Shown here one piece after another: positions 37,633 through 46,174 of a stretch of 64,000 nucleotides of DNA (the stretch's first letter is position 1; each line of letters begins with the position of its first letter). A model generated the notes under the pieces. The model saw only the letters and a list, made by a program, of their open reading frames with translations. It did no database searches and had not been told where the DNA came from. Source of the DNA: an uncultured bacterium (lineage in GTDB: Bacteria > UBP6 > UBA1177); NCBI GenBank assembly GCA_905233945.1, contig CAJOFY010000022.1, forward strand, positions 1,490-65,489, given 5' to 3'. Position numbers and translations under genes: made by a program.

Positions 37633-39231
37633 ATGAAACTTCTTGTAACGATCCTTTCGCGTCAGACAGTCGTTCAGGCGTCGCTTATCCGCGAAGCTGC
37701 TCCCGATGTCATAATTTTTGTCTCGACCGTGATGGCGCAGGAGAACGACTGGCACAAAAACATTCCGGTTTTAGTAAAGCGCGCTGACGGCGAAGACATT
37801 AAGTATATTAATGTTTTTATTGAAAAAAATATGAATCTGGGTGAAATCATCGAGATGCTCAAAAGGCGTGTCAGAAGCGTTTTCGATGAATACGGGATCA
37901 CCGAGATCTACTGCGACGCCTCCTGCGGAAAAGGGATCCACAGGATCGTTTTCGCCGAGTATCTCAAGCGTTTTTCCGAAAAGCAGGACCTCGGTTTTTT
38001 CCTCGTCTATTTCGATCTCGATACGCGTCAGATCAATAAAATCGCGATAAAGGAGCAGTCTTTCCACGAATACAAATCCTCGGTTTCGATCGACTGGCAC
38101 TTGAAGGAGCGTCTTACCCTTTACGGAGCTGAACTTACTGATTTTCTTACGATTTATGACGGAAAAACGAATTATTTCGCAGAAAACGGAGAGCAGTTTG
38201 AGGAACTTTACACAAACCTCTGCAACTCCATGAATCTGCGGGCTTTTTTCTCGTCCTACGACAACATGAAAACGATCATCGACCTCAAAGGGGAACTTCA
38301 CGATTTCATGGTGAAAAACTTCCGCGACGAGCAGATCGACAAGTTTTTGCAGAGGATTTTCGGCGTAATGCCGCACCTTCGCCCCGAAATAAACGAAGCT
38401 AAAAACGAAATCAGGGTAAAACTTACCGATTTCTTTAACGAAATGAGCCACAGAAGAGAACTTCAGACTTTTTCTGATTCTTTTGATTTCAGGACGACTC
38501 TCGCAAGCTGTCAGAAAAAGTTCAACGCCGAAATGCCGGATGCAGTCATAAGAAAGATCCTTCCGCTCGCCGGAGAAGTCGACAAAGCCGACCTCAGAAG
38601 CGATGTCCAGCACTTTTTAGATGTTCTTTTTTCCAAAATTTCGGAAAAAACGAACTCTCTCGCCGATGTCAAAAGCATAGATGTCACTGCGGCCGTTTTC
38701 AACCGCTTCAAACAGAAATATGTGAAAGAAATCGAGCGCGAAAGCACCCTCAACACACGCTCGCAAATATCTGTGATCTTTGAAAAAATCATAAGTTACG
38801 CCGTGTGCCGCGCAATGGAGAAGTATCCGCTTCTGAAAGAGTCGATCGCATCGGTTTTCCAGAACGTGAAACTGAGCGGAAAAGCAAGTTCGCTCATTGA
38901 AATCGACACGCTCGTCGTCTTCAAAAACGGATACCTCCACATCCTTGAGGCAAAAAGCTCGCATGTTTCCAACAAAGACCTCAATTCGCGGATCTTAGTC
39001 ATGAAAAAATATCTCGGAGAAAGCGTAGGAATGGATATCGTCTTCCCCTTCACGGCGCACGACATCCGGATGTTCATGGAAAAAAACGATCCCTTTATCC
39101 GCAAATTCTACAGCAAAGGCTTGAAATCGGCGGCAGGCTGGGGCACATTCTTCGCTACAACTGACAAAACAGTCACCCCGATCGACAGGATCGCCGAAAG
39201 GCTCCGCGACCTCGCGATGATGTACAGCTGA
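37633..39231 (+). CDS. Card1/Can2-like protein: N-terminal CARF-like Rossmann domain fused to a C-terminal PD-(D/E)xK (restriction-endonuclease-like) nuclease domain
   Basis: N-terminus LLVTILSRQT… (beta1 plus S/Q loop) and DASCGKG motif at ~aa 110, consistent with CARF. C-terminus …IEID-x14-LEAK… (D…ExK), the same Asp-to-Glu spacing I recall for Card1's catalytic D/E/K. AGGAGG RBS 4 nt before ATG; 8 nt after the nfo stop. Confidence 0.5.
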   Translation: MKLLVTILSRQTVVQASLIREAAPDVIIFVSTVMAQENDWHKNIPVLVKRADGEDIKYINVFIEKNMNLGEIIEMLKRRVRSVFDEYGITEIYCDASCGKGIHRIVFAEYLKRFSEKQDLGFFLVYFDLDTRQINKIAIKEQSFHEYKSSVSIDWHLKERLTLYGAELTDFLTIYDGKTNYFAENGEQFEELYTNLCNSMNLRAFFSSYDNMKTIIDLKGELHDFMVKNFRDEQIDKFLQRIFGVMPHLRPEINEAKNEIRVKLTDFFNEMSHRRELQTFSDSFDFRTTLASCQKKFNAEMPDAVIRKILPLAGEVDKADLRSDVQHFLDVLFSKISEKTNSLADVKSIDVTAAVFNRFKQKYVKEIERESTLNTRSQISVIFEKIISYAVCRAMEKYPLLKESIASVFQNVKLSGKASSLIEIDTLVVFKNGYLHILEAKSSHVSNKDLNSRILVMKKYLGESVGMDIVFPFTAHDIRMFMEKNDPFIRKFYSKGLKSAAGWGTFFATTDKTVTPIDRIAERLRDLAMMYS

Positions 39232-39235
39232 TTTT

Positions 39236-41692
39236 TTAGTCCAGAATCCCGGTTTCTTTCAGCAGATTTTCCGTGTCGTATTCCGCAAGTTCTTTGCGGT
39301 AGCCGTTTTTGATTATGTGGTATTCGCCGGTGAAGGCGTCGAATTTCTTCATTACGCTTCCGAGTTCTGTGTAATGGCGGATCGTCATTTCAAGAGTTTT
39401 GTCATTAAAATCAACGACTTCCAGGATCTCTGTTGCTGAATCGTAGTCTGATTTTTCGAAAAATTTCACGCGGTATGTGCTTGAAGGAAGGGTGCGGAGG
39501 ATCTTTTCCGCTTTTTTGATCTTTTCGCGGTCGCAGAAGGCAAAAGTGAGGAATTTTATTCCGGAATTTTCAAGAATCGAGTTGAGCTTCTCCAGAGTTT
39601 CAGCTTCGTTGACTTCCTCGGTGAGCCATACCGTGCCGAATTCCTCGTCGACTTCGACTCCGACCGGTGCGGGAAACGCCAGATTGAAGCGCGGCATGGG
39701 GTGAAAACCGTCGGAATAGAGGATCTTGAGGTCGCTCAGAGTGAGAGCTTTGAAGAGAAATGAAACAAGGTCAAGGTGTCCTACACTTATCGAATTTCCG
39801 TGTTTCGAAAGCGAGAAAATGTATGGAAAAGAGTTGTTTTTATTGCTTTTTTCGGGAATTTCAAAAGTCTCGTTCTCGTCAAGCGCCTTTCCGGTGAACT
39901 TCAGCGGCCTGATCTCCTTGAAGTCGCACGCGCCACACTTGTTGCAGATACCCGTTTTCGCGCAGTCGGGCGTTTCCTGAAAATTGAACGCTTTTTCGCG
40001 CTCTTTCAGAAGAAATCTGCGATCGATCCTGAGATCTATATGCTCGTAGGGAAGAGGCTTATCCAGCGGTTTTTCAAGGTAAGTGCTTTCCGGGTCTATC
40101 CCTGCATAAGCCAAACCTTCGTCCCAGAGAGCAGGATCAAAACTTTCGTCTTCCGTCTGGAGGCCTTTCATATTTTTCGCAACAAATTCAATGACTTTGC
40201 CGTATTCACGTCCTGCACGGCTGAGGTATCCTTCGACTGTGCTGATCTCCTGATCGTGCCATGCGAGTTTCAGATTTCTTATGCCGCGGAGGTTTTCGAT
40301 TATGATTTTCTGCTTTGCCTTGATTTCGGCAGGGCTCGACATCTTTTCCCACTGGAAAGGGGTGAAAGGCTGCGGCACAAAAGTCGAGAAACTTGCACTA
40401 AGCATAGCCTTTTTACCGAATCTTTTCACGTAGTTGCACATCTTTTTGACGAGTTCTACCGTCTCAAAAAGATCCTCCTCCTCTTCATGCGGAAGGCCGA
40501 GCATAAAGTAGAGTTTGACCGCCTGCCAGCCGTTTGAAAATATCGTGTTGAGAGCGTTCAGCAGGTCTTCGACGCTGTTGCCCTTGTTTATCATTTTGCG
40601 AAGCCTGTCGCTTCCAGATTCGACCGCGAGAGTGAAACCGACTTTGCGCCCTTTTCTTATCGCGTGGGTGATTTTCGGTGTGATCGTCTCAGTCCTGAGG
40701 CTCGGAAGCGAAACCGAGATCCGGCGGCTGTAACGGCTGTATGAGCGGACCAAAATATCCTCGATCTCGCTGTGGTCGGCAGCCGAAAGCGAGAGAAAAC
40801 CCGCCTCGTCGTAGCCCGAAGTTCTGACTACTCTGTCAAGAATTTCGCAAATATTTTCAGCACTTTTCTCTCTGTGCGGGCGGTAGAACATACCCGCCAT
40901 GCAAAATCTGCACCCTCTCGTGCAGCCGCGCATTATTTCAATCGTGAAGCGGTCGTGGATCGTCCTCATCGCAAATATCGGAGCGTCAAAAAGCGAGTCG
41001 GGATCGTAGTTGAGATCCTTTAGGACCGCTCTTCTCGCTTCAAAACCCGAAAGCGAGCCGTCGGGATTGATTTTGACAGAGTTTTCATCGTGCTTCGACG
41101 GAATATAGATTGCCGGAATTTTGGAAAAAGCCTCGATCCTCTTCTGTTTTTCTTTAATATTTTCAAGAATATCCATAAATTCTTCGGCGTAAGGCTCAAA
41201 CTCGCCGATCGAAACCATATCAATGAAATCAGCCATCGGCTCAGGATTGCACATGACAGGCCCGCCAGACCAGATTATCGGATAATCACTTGAATTTATT
41301 CTATCTTTTGAATGGATCGGAATGCCTGCGATATCCATGATCTTAAGAAAATCAGGATATTGCAGCTGATACTGGAAAGAAACTGCAATGATATCGAAAT
41401 CACGGTAATTCACCCCGTGCATCATCGAAGTGAGCCCGCCGCTCGCCTTTGCCTCCTCAAACACATCCTTCTGCGGCGAAAAACCGAAATCTACCAGAAA
41501 TCCTCGGCGGTTAAAGAGCGAATAGAGTATCTTCACCCCCGTGTGGCTTTGCGCCATCTCGAAAAGATCAGGAAAAAGTATCAGTATTTTCGGCTTATTA
41601 GGATCAGTTTTCACCTTTACAGGCTCGATAAACGGAGCAAAATAACGCCCGGGCTTTTCGATCCTGCGCAGAAAAGAAGTTATGAGTTTCAA
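39236..41692 (-). CDS. B12-binding-domain radical SAM protein fused to DUF2344-like C-terminal region
   Basis: 818 aa; N-terminal B12-binding-like region, CTRGCRFCMAG rSAM cluster, long C-terminal extension; widespread conserved protein of unknown function. Confidence 0.7.
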   Translation of the reverse strand: MKLITSFLRRIEKPGRYFAPFIEPVKVKTDPNKPKILILFPDLFEMAQSHTGVKILYSLFNRRGFLVDFGFSPQKDVFEEAKASGGLTSMMHGVNYRDFDIIAVSFQYQLQYPDFLKIMDIAGIPIHSKDRINSSDYPIIWSGGPVMCNPEPMADFIDMVSIGEFEPYAEEFMDILENIKEKQKRIEAFSKIPAIYIPSKHDENSVKINPDGSLSGFEARRAVLKDLNYDPDSLFDAPIFAMRTIHDRFTIEIMRGCTRGCRFCMAGMFYRPHREKSAENICEILDRVVRTSGYDEAGFLSLSAADHSEIEDILVRSYSRYSRRISVSLPSLRTETITPKITHAIRKGRKVGFTLAVESGSDRLRKMINKGNSVEDLLNALNTIFSNGWQAVKLYFMLGLPHEEEEDLFETVELVKKMCNYVKRFGKKAMLSASFSTFVPQPFTPFQWEKMSSPAEIKAKQKIIIENLRGIRNLKLAWHDQEISTVEGYLSRAGREYGKVIEFVAKNMKGLQTEDESFDPALWDEGLAYAGIDPESTYLEKPLDKPLPYEHIDLRIDRRFLLKEREKAFNFQETPDCAKTGICNKCGACDFKEIRPLKFTGKALDENETFEIPEKSNKNNSFPYIFSLSKHGNSISVGHLDLVSFLFKALTLSDLKILYSDGFHPMPRFNLAFPAPVGVEVDEEFGTVWLTEEVNEAETLEKLNSILENSGIKFLTFAFCDREKIKKAEKILRTLPSSTYRVKFFEKSDYDSATEILEVVDFNDKTLEMTIRHYTELGSVMKKFDAFTGEYHIIKNGYRKELAEYDTENLLKETGILD

Positions 41693-41897
41693 AATATTCT
41701 CCTAAAACATGAATGTTTTCAGCAATTTACTCAATTTATTCAATTAAAAGAACTCTTGTCAAAAAACGGCAACACTTTAAGGGAAATTGCAGAAAATGCA
41801 AGAGTTTGCGGGCGAGCAGGCCACATTCAGCTCAACGAATACGAACACTCATTTTGCGGTCAAAAATTTTGACCGTAGAAAAGCGCGTTATTCAGCA

Positions 41898-41944
41898 GTT
41901 AAAACGGCAAATTTTGTAATTTTGTAAAAAGTTTACGGTTTAAC
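41898..41944. repeat. islet boundary repeat, copy a (GTTAAAACGGCAAATTTTGTAATTTTGTAAAAAGTTTACGGTTTAAC)
   Basis: Two further copies at 43116-43162 and 45716-45753 (consensus TTAAAGCGGTARATTTTGTGATTTTGTAAAAAGTCTACGGTTTAAC). Confidence 0.8.
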
Positions 41945-41970
41945 TTGAGAACAACGGATAATTTTTGGTT

Positions 41971-42118
41971 TACCACGGAACCGAGATAAGTCCGGAAAAA
42001 CCCATGAATGCAAGTGAGAGAAGACATGCTGTGACGAGCGCAGTCGCCTTGCCTCAAAACCATTCCCCGGAAATCCCGTTGCAGGCTTTTTTCAAGAGTT
42101 CAATGCCGGATTTTTACT
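41971..42118 (-). pseudogene. diverged duplicate of the rnfA 3' end (encodes …ALVTACLLSLAFMGFSGLISVPW* on the minus strand) plus shared downstream sequence
   Basis: Minus-strand translation matches the RnfA C-terminus (…[25 protein letters not shown]) with an in-frame stop just upstream; ~85% nt identity to the authentic 46502-46580. Confidence 0.75.
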
Positions 42119-42719
42119 GTTTTTTCCCGATCTCGCGGACTTTCCCAATGATTTCATTGATTTTGTCAAGCGTCATATCCGCGATACTGTTTTCTTCCGC
42201 GGTTTTCCTCATGTTTTCAACTGCGGAAACTACATTGTCATATTGAATGTATATTTTTTCCAGCAATTTTATATCACAGCATCTTTGTTTTATTCTGATT
42301 TCGTAATCTGCGAGTTCGCTGTCATCAGAAAACAGCAATTCCCTAAGTAAATTAGCAGTTTTTTGTATTTGAATCGTGTCGCTGCGGATAGCTTTGTATT
42401 GATTCTGCAAAAGACGACGGTATTTGTCATCGCCGATTTTCTCTATTTCAATAAGGATTAAAGCCGAATCTGTTACCGGAATCATATTGCTAAAATTGAT
42501 CGCTCCATACAAACCGGCAGATATTTTCCTGAAATCAATAGTATTTTTCATAGTTTTGTGCTTTGGCTTGGGTGAAGAGAACGGCGCATAATATTTAACA
42601 GAACCTATTTCAAGAACGATTCCGACATAAGGTCTTGTTTCGTGCTTGTTGTCGGCGACTTTAGCGTCATATTTCCTAAGAAAGTCTATGTAATCGTCTT
42701 TCACATGATAGAATCTCAT
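42114..42719 (-). CDS. ToxN/AbiQ-family endoribonuclease toxin (type III toxin-antitoxin)
   Basis: 201 aa; N-terminus MRFYHVKDDYIDFLRKYDAKV…YVGIVLEIGSVKYYAPFSSPKPKH closely parallels ToxN (MKFYTISSKYIEYLKEFDDKV…FIGIVLEIQGHKYLAPLTSPK). Confidence 0.8.
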   Translation of the reverse strand: MRFYHVKDDYIDFLRKYDAKVADNKHETRPYVGIVLEIGSVKYYAPFSSPKPKHKTMKNTIDFRKISAGLYGAINFSNMIPVTDSALILIEIEKIGDDKYRRLLQNQYKAIRSDTIQIQKTANLLRELLFSDDSELADYEIRIKQRCCDIKLLEKIYIQYDNVVSAVENMRKTAEENSIADMTLDKINEIIGKVREIGKKQ

Positions 42720-42730
42720 TTTTCCCCCTA

Positions 42731-42764
42731 AAAAAACAAAGGGCGGATAAACCGCCCTTTTTTA
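42731..42764 (-). terminator. intrinsic terminator between the toxI-like repeats and toxN (GGGCGG-UUUAU-CCGCCC plus U-run on the minus-strand transcript)
   Basis: 6-bp GC stem followed by UUUGUUUUUUU; same position as the attenuating terminator of characterised ToxIN loci. Confidence 0.65.
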
Positions 42765-42765
42765 A

Positions 42766-42900
42766 GTCCTCTGTTGTGGTCGAGGCTCACCGCTTTTTTA
42801 AGATTTCACTTAATGGTAGAAACTCACCGCTTTTTTCGGTTTCCAATTAAGGTCGGAACTTACCTGCGTCAAAAACTTTAGTCACTTTTTATTTAAAGTC
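42766..42900 (-). ncRNA. candidate ToxI-like antitoxin RNA: ~2.5 tandem 37-nt repeats (plus-strand units CTCACCGCTTTTTT-N23 at 42786-42822 and 42823-42859, partial unit 42766-42785)
   Basis: Direct tandem repeats immediately upstream (minus strand) of toxN and separated from it by a terminator; canonical type III TA arrangement. Confidence 0.65.
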
Positions 42901-42956
42901 AATAGATTTTTACAATAAATTAGAAATTTCTAAAGAATCTGTGAAGATTTTTAGTC

Positions 42957-43100
42957 TACCACGGAACCGTGATAAGTCCGGTGAAACCCATGAACGCAAG
43001 TGAAAGAAGGCCGGCGGTGACAAGCGCGATCGGCTAGCCTCAAAACCATTCCCCGGAAATCCCGATGCAGGCTTTTTTCAAGAGTTCAATGCCGGATTTT
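42957..43100 (-). pseudogene. second diverged duplicate of the rnfA 3' end (encodes [25 protein letters not shown])
   Basis: 26 codons identical or conservative to the RnfA C-terminus with many synonymous nt changes; upstream in-frame stop marks the crossover point. Confidence 0.75.
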
Positions 43101-43115
43101 CGACAGATCATGCCG

Positions 43116-43162
43116 CTTAAAGCGGTAAATTTTGTGATTTTGTAAAAAGTCTACGGTTTAAC
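43116..43162. repeat. islet boundary repeat, copy b
   Basis: See copy a. Confidence 0.8.
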
Positions 43163-43192
43163 CTAAAATTTTTGGATATTACAAAAACTAGG

Positions 43193-43621
43193 TTAAATGA
43201 AGACCTTCTCTATTTCTTCGAAGTTTTCATGTTTATATTTTTCAAACTCTTTCCTAAGACGGCTCTCTTTGGAAATATACAAATATTGGTTATTACTCTG
43301 TTTCCTCTTTCTGTAAACTGTTTGTTTCTGAGCTTTCAGCTGCCGTTCGACATCCCGCTTTGTTAAAAACAAATAAGCGGGTTCACTATCTTTTGTTTCA
43401 AGCACCTCTATCACAAAAAAATCGTTCTTGTCTTTAATCACTATAGAATTGTTTATGCTACGATTATCCATAGTTACAATATTTACTTGGATCCTTTTCA
43501 GTTTGTTTTCAGGCATAATCACAAGAATTTCGCGTTCTTTTCTGGTGGTACACGCAGAATAAAAAACTTCTCCACAACTGCTTAAGCCCTTAAGTATCAA
43601 TTTATAATTATTTTTTGACAT
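43193..43621 (-). CDS. hypothetical basic protein (142 aa) encoded downstream of the rSAM maturase
   Basis: GGAGAA RBS before ATG 43621; Lys/Arg-rich C-terminal half; no confident family assignment (weak, unconvincing GIY-YIG-like spacing). Confidence 0.4.
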   Translation of the reverse strand: MSKNNYKLILKGLSSCGEVFYSACTTRKEREILVIMPENKLKRIQVNIVTMDNRSINNSIVIKDKNDFFVIEVLETKDSEPAYLFLTKRDVERQLKAQKQTVYRKRKQSNNQYLYISKESRLRKEFEKYKHENFEEIEKVFI

Positions 43622-43651
43622 ATTTTTCTCCACTACAATTGATAAGAATTT

Positions 43652-44923
43652 TCAAACTGAGAGATTGGCTCTCTCTTCCAACTCACGAAGAGCCATTTCT
43701 TTTGTAAAATTACACAATTCAGCAAAATCTTTATCCGAGTAGGCAAGCTTATTACTGCAGCATTGGCTGTTGCAGTGATACTTCATAAAACAAGTTTCGC
43801 ATTCCTTAACCCTTTTTCTCTCATATAAATCACTAATACTTTTCATTTTATTTTCATCTACTAGCACAGCGTCGTTGCTTACGACACCATATTTCAACTG
43901 TTCAAATGCCAGAGCTCTGTTGTTGGAATTCCTGTGGCATGCGACAATGTCTCCTGACGGAGTAACACAAAATTCTCCACCACAAAAACGATTCCTGATA
44001 GATTGCAATGAATTTATTACGGAATTTCTCAAATAAATATTTTTGGTTTTTGCAACAGCCTTGGCTTTAAAAAAATAATTCATAAAATCATGATAATAAT
44101 TTTCCCATGTCAATCCTGGCATAGACACAAGTTCTAAATGAATTTTTCTGATTTTCGGATAATTTTCCGATACATACTCAACCATTTCCGGCATTTTTTC
44201 TACAGCTGTCTGCGTAATTGTAGTTCTAAAACCGAAATCAACTCCATTTTCAGCTAATAAGTCTATTGAATTTTTCACATCAACAAAACTTCCTTTTCCG
44301 GAAGGATAAGGGCGTTGTATGTTTTGAATTTCAGGGAGAATGTCGAAAGAACATCCAATATGAACCTGATTTTTCACAAGCCACTGTATTCGTTCAGCAT
44401 TCAGCAAAGTCGTGTTGGTCGTCAAACTTATACTTACTTTTTGATCTTTCTGCAGTTTTCTTATGTATTCAACAGCCCAAACAAACAACTCCCATTTTAC
44501 ACAAGGTTCTCCGCCGCCGATAAAAGAAAAATGCTTGCCTTTTGTTCTGCTGCTAAAAATAAAATCTATCGTGTTTTTCAGTTTATCTTTTGTCAGAGTC
44601 TCTGCAGAATGTTGTTCATGCGCATAACAATAAGTGCAAGCAAGATTACAAGCCTCCGTCAATATAAATACCGTATGTCTTTTCTTCATGCCGAATCCGT
44701 AATATTTATGGACTGTTGCATCTTGAGTTGACATAAGATCTGAAATTCTCTCATCCAAATCTGTATCGCAGCATCCACCATTTTTGAAAGATTTTTCTAT
44801 TTCGACAGCCTCGACATCTTTTGTGTAAAAAAGCCGCCTTTTCAACGGAGCATAAACTATATGCGTATTTTTTAAATGAGACTCCAACAAAAAAATTTCA
44901 TCCCCAAGACTCAGATATTTCAT
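43652..44923 (-). CDS. radical SAM / SPASM-domain peptide maturase with probable N-terminal RRE-like region
   Basis: CNLACTYCYA CxxxCxxC; GGGEP; C-terminal auxiliary-cluster cysteines (CGGEFCVTPSGDIVAC…CETCFMKYHCNSQCC) typical of SPASM/twitch RiPP maturases. Confidence 0.75.
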   Translation of the reverse strand: MKYLSLGDEIFLLESHLKNTHIVYAPLKRRLFYTKDVEAVEIEKSFKNGGCCDTDLDERISDLMSTQDATVHKYYGFGMKKRHTVFILTEACNLACTYCYAHEQHSAETLTKDKLKNTIDFIFSSRTKGKHFSFIGGGEPCVKWELFVWAVEYIRKLQKDQKVSISLTTNTTLLNAERIQWLVKNQVHIGCSFDILPEIQNIQRPYPSGKGSFVDVKNSIDLLAENGVDFGFRTTITQTAVEKMPEMVEYVSENYPKIRKIHLELVSMPGLTWENYYHDFMNYFFKAKAVAKTKNIYLRNSVINSLQSIRNRFCGGEFCVTPSGDIVACHRNSNNRALAFEQLKYGVVSNDAVLVDENKMKSISDLYERKRVKECETCFMKYHCNSQCCSNKLAYSDKDFAELCNFTKEMALRELEERANLSV

Positions 44924-44949
44924 CTGAAATTTTTCCTCACCCTAAATCA

Positions 44950-45129
44950 TTAATCAAAGCAATCATTATCATTGCAGTGATAATCCATACCGCAACCATT
45001 ATCATCACAGTCAAACGAACAAACATCGCATTTGTCATCACACATACAATCACACCAATCAACATTGCAAAAGTTGGAATTTTTGCTTGCACTCGCTTCT
45101 TCCAAACTGATCAAATCTGAAATAATCAT
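44950..45129 (-). CDS. candidate RiPP precursor peptide: 20-aa leader plus 39-aa core with 10 Cys and 13 Asp (CNVDWCDCMCDDKCDVCSFDCDDNGCGMDYHCNDNDCFD)
   Basis: GGAGAG RBS 6 nt before ATG 45129; 26 nt upstream of the rSAM-SPASM gene; recurring Cys-x(1-3)-Asp spacing as in freyrasin-type ranthipeptides. Confidence 0.6.
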   Translation of the reverse strand: MIISDLISLEEASASKNSNFCNVDWCDCMCDDKCDVCSFDCDDNGCGMDYHCNDNDCFD

Positions 45130-45352
45130 TTTTCTCTCCACGAAAAAATTAATAAAAAATACTATCTGAAACGGGACTCCCGAAACAGTCTTTTTTGAAA
45201 AATCATAATAACTTACCCCCCTCCCGACTACGGAAACGCAGGATTCCGGCAATATTTTAACGTTTTATTTACTATTAGTCAACACAATATTTACCAATAG
45301 TCAAAAAATATTTTCTGTATGTGCTATATTGAAAAAAGGAGGTGGTTTGAGT

Positions 45353-45664
45353 ATGGATGGCAAAACACTTGGCAAGCGGGTGAAAGCATTAAGGCGTAAA
45401 GCCGGAATAACGCAGCTTGATCTCGCGTGCCGGGTAAATATCAGCGAAAGCTACATCGCGTTGATAGAAGCCGACAAACGAAAACCTGGAATGGATATAA
45501 TCTCTACTTTGGCAAACGAATTTCATGTCTCTGTTGACTATCTTTTAAGCGGCAAAATATCAGAAGAAGACAACCTCATGCTCAAAGAATGGACATCTCT
45601 TATAAAGGAAAGACCTCTTAAAATCGTCCGCACTTTTTTTGAATGTGTGGACAGCAAAAAATAA
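45353..45664 (+). CDS. XRE-family helix-turn-helix transcriptional regulator
   Basis: HTH_3 signature (ITQLDLACRVNISESYIALIE); divergent from the precursor peptide gene; AGGAGG RBS. Confidence 0.75.
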   Translation: MDGKTLGKRVKALRRKAGITQLDLACRVNISESYIALIEADKRKPGMDIISTLANEFHVSVDYLLSGKISEEDNLMLKEWTSLIKERPLKIVRTFFECVDSKK

Positions 45665-45715
45665 TTTTCATTTTTGCGATCGGATTTTCGACCGCAGAAA
45701 CTCGCGTTTTTTGCC

Positions 45716-45753
45716 GTTTAAAGCGGTAGATTTTGTGATTTTGTAAAAAGTCT
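45716..45753. repeat. islet boundary repeat, copy d (truncated)
   Basis: GTTTAAAGCGGTAGATTTTGTGATTTTGTAAAAAGTCT; abuts the 3' end of the PIN gene. Confidence 0.75.
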
Positions 45754-45760
45754 GGAGATA

Positions 45761-46174
45761 TCAAAGTTTTTTCAGTGCTTCATCAACGCTGATTGCCGGA
45801 ATTTTAGAGTTTTTGAAATCTTTGAGATTTTCGGTAACGATGTAATCAAGATCGGCGTTCTCGGCACATTTCATCTGTAATCCGTCTTCGAGATCGAAAA
45901 AATCAGGATCGTTAAGAACTTCAAAAAAATCTTCCTGATATTCAGCAATTACTTGAAAGTTTGAAACTATCAAAAGTAAAAACTCTCTTCTGTCTGCAAC
46001 CGAAAAAAACTTTCTCGTGATATAAAAAATATCTGTCAGCGAGTGTGCGGAAACAAAACCGTTAAGTTTTTTGGCAAGACACTTTTTTACAAGCAGCGAA
46101 GCTTTCTCGTGAAACGGATTATTCGGCGTGAGATAATAAAGAATAATATTCGTATCAACAAAGATATTCTTCAT
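45761..46174 (-). CDS. PIN-domain (VapC-like) toxin
   Basis: 137 aa; N-terminal IFVDTNI with conserved acidic PIN residues; 4-bp overlap with upstream antitoxin gene. Confidence 0.7.
   Translation of the reverse strand: MKNIFVDTNIILYYLTPNNPFHEKASLLVKKCLAKKLNGFVSAHSLTDIFYITRKFFSVADRREFLLLIVSNFQVIAEYQEDFFEVLNDPDFFDLEDGLQMKCAENADLDYIVTENLKDFKNSKIPAISVDEALKKL

Noticed and set aside
35000-41700. Search for cas genes or a CRISPR array near the Card1-like gene
   Set aside because: Neighbours are lysS, nfo and a B12-rSAM protein. No repeat-spacer array or Cas-like ORF was found in the whole window.
42766-42900. Possible CRISPR-like repeats
   Set aside because: Units are directly adjacent 37-mers upstream of a ToxN homolog with an intervening terminator. 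This is the signature of a type III antitoxin RNA, not a CRISPR array.
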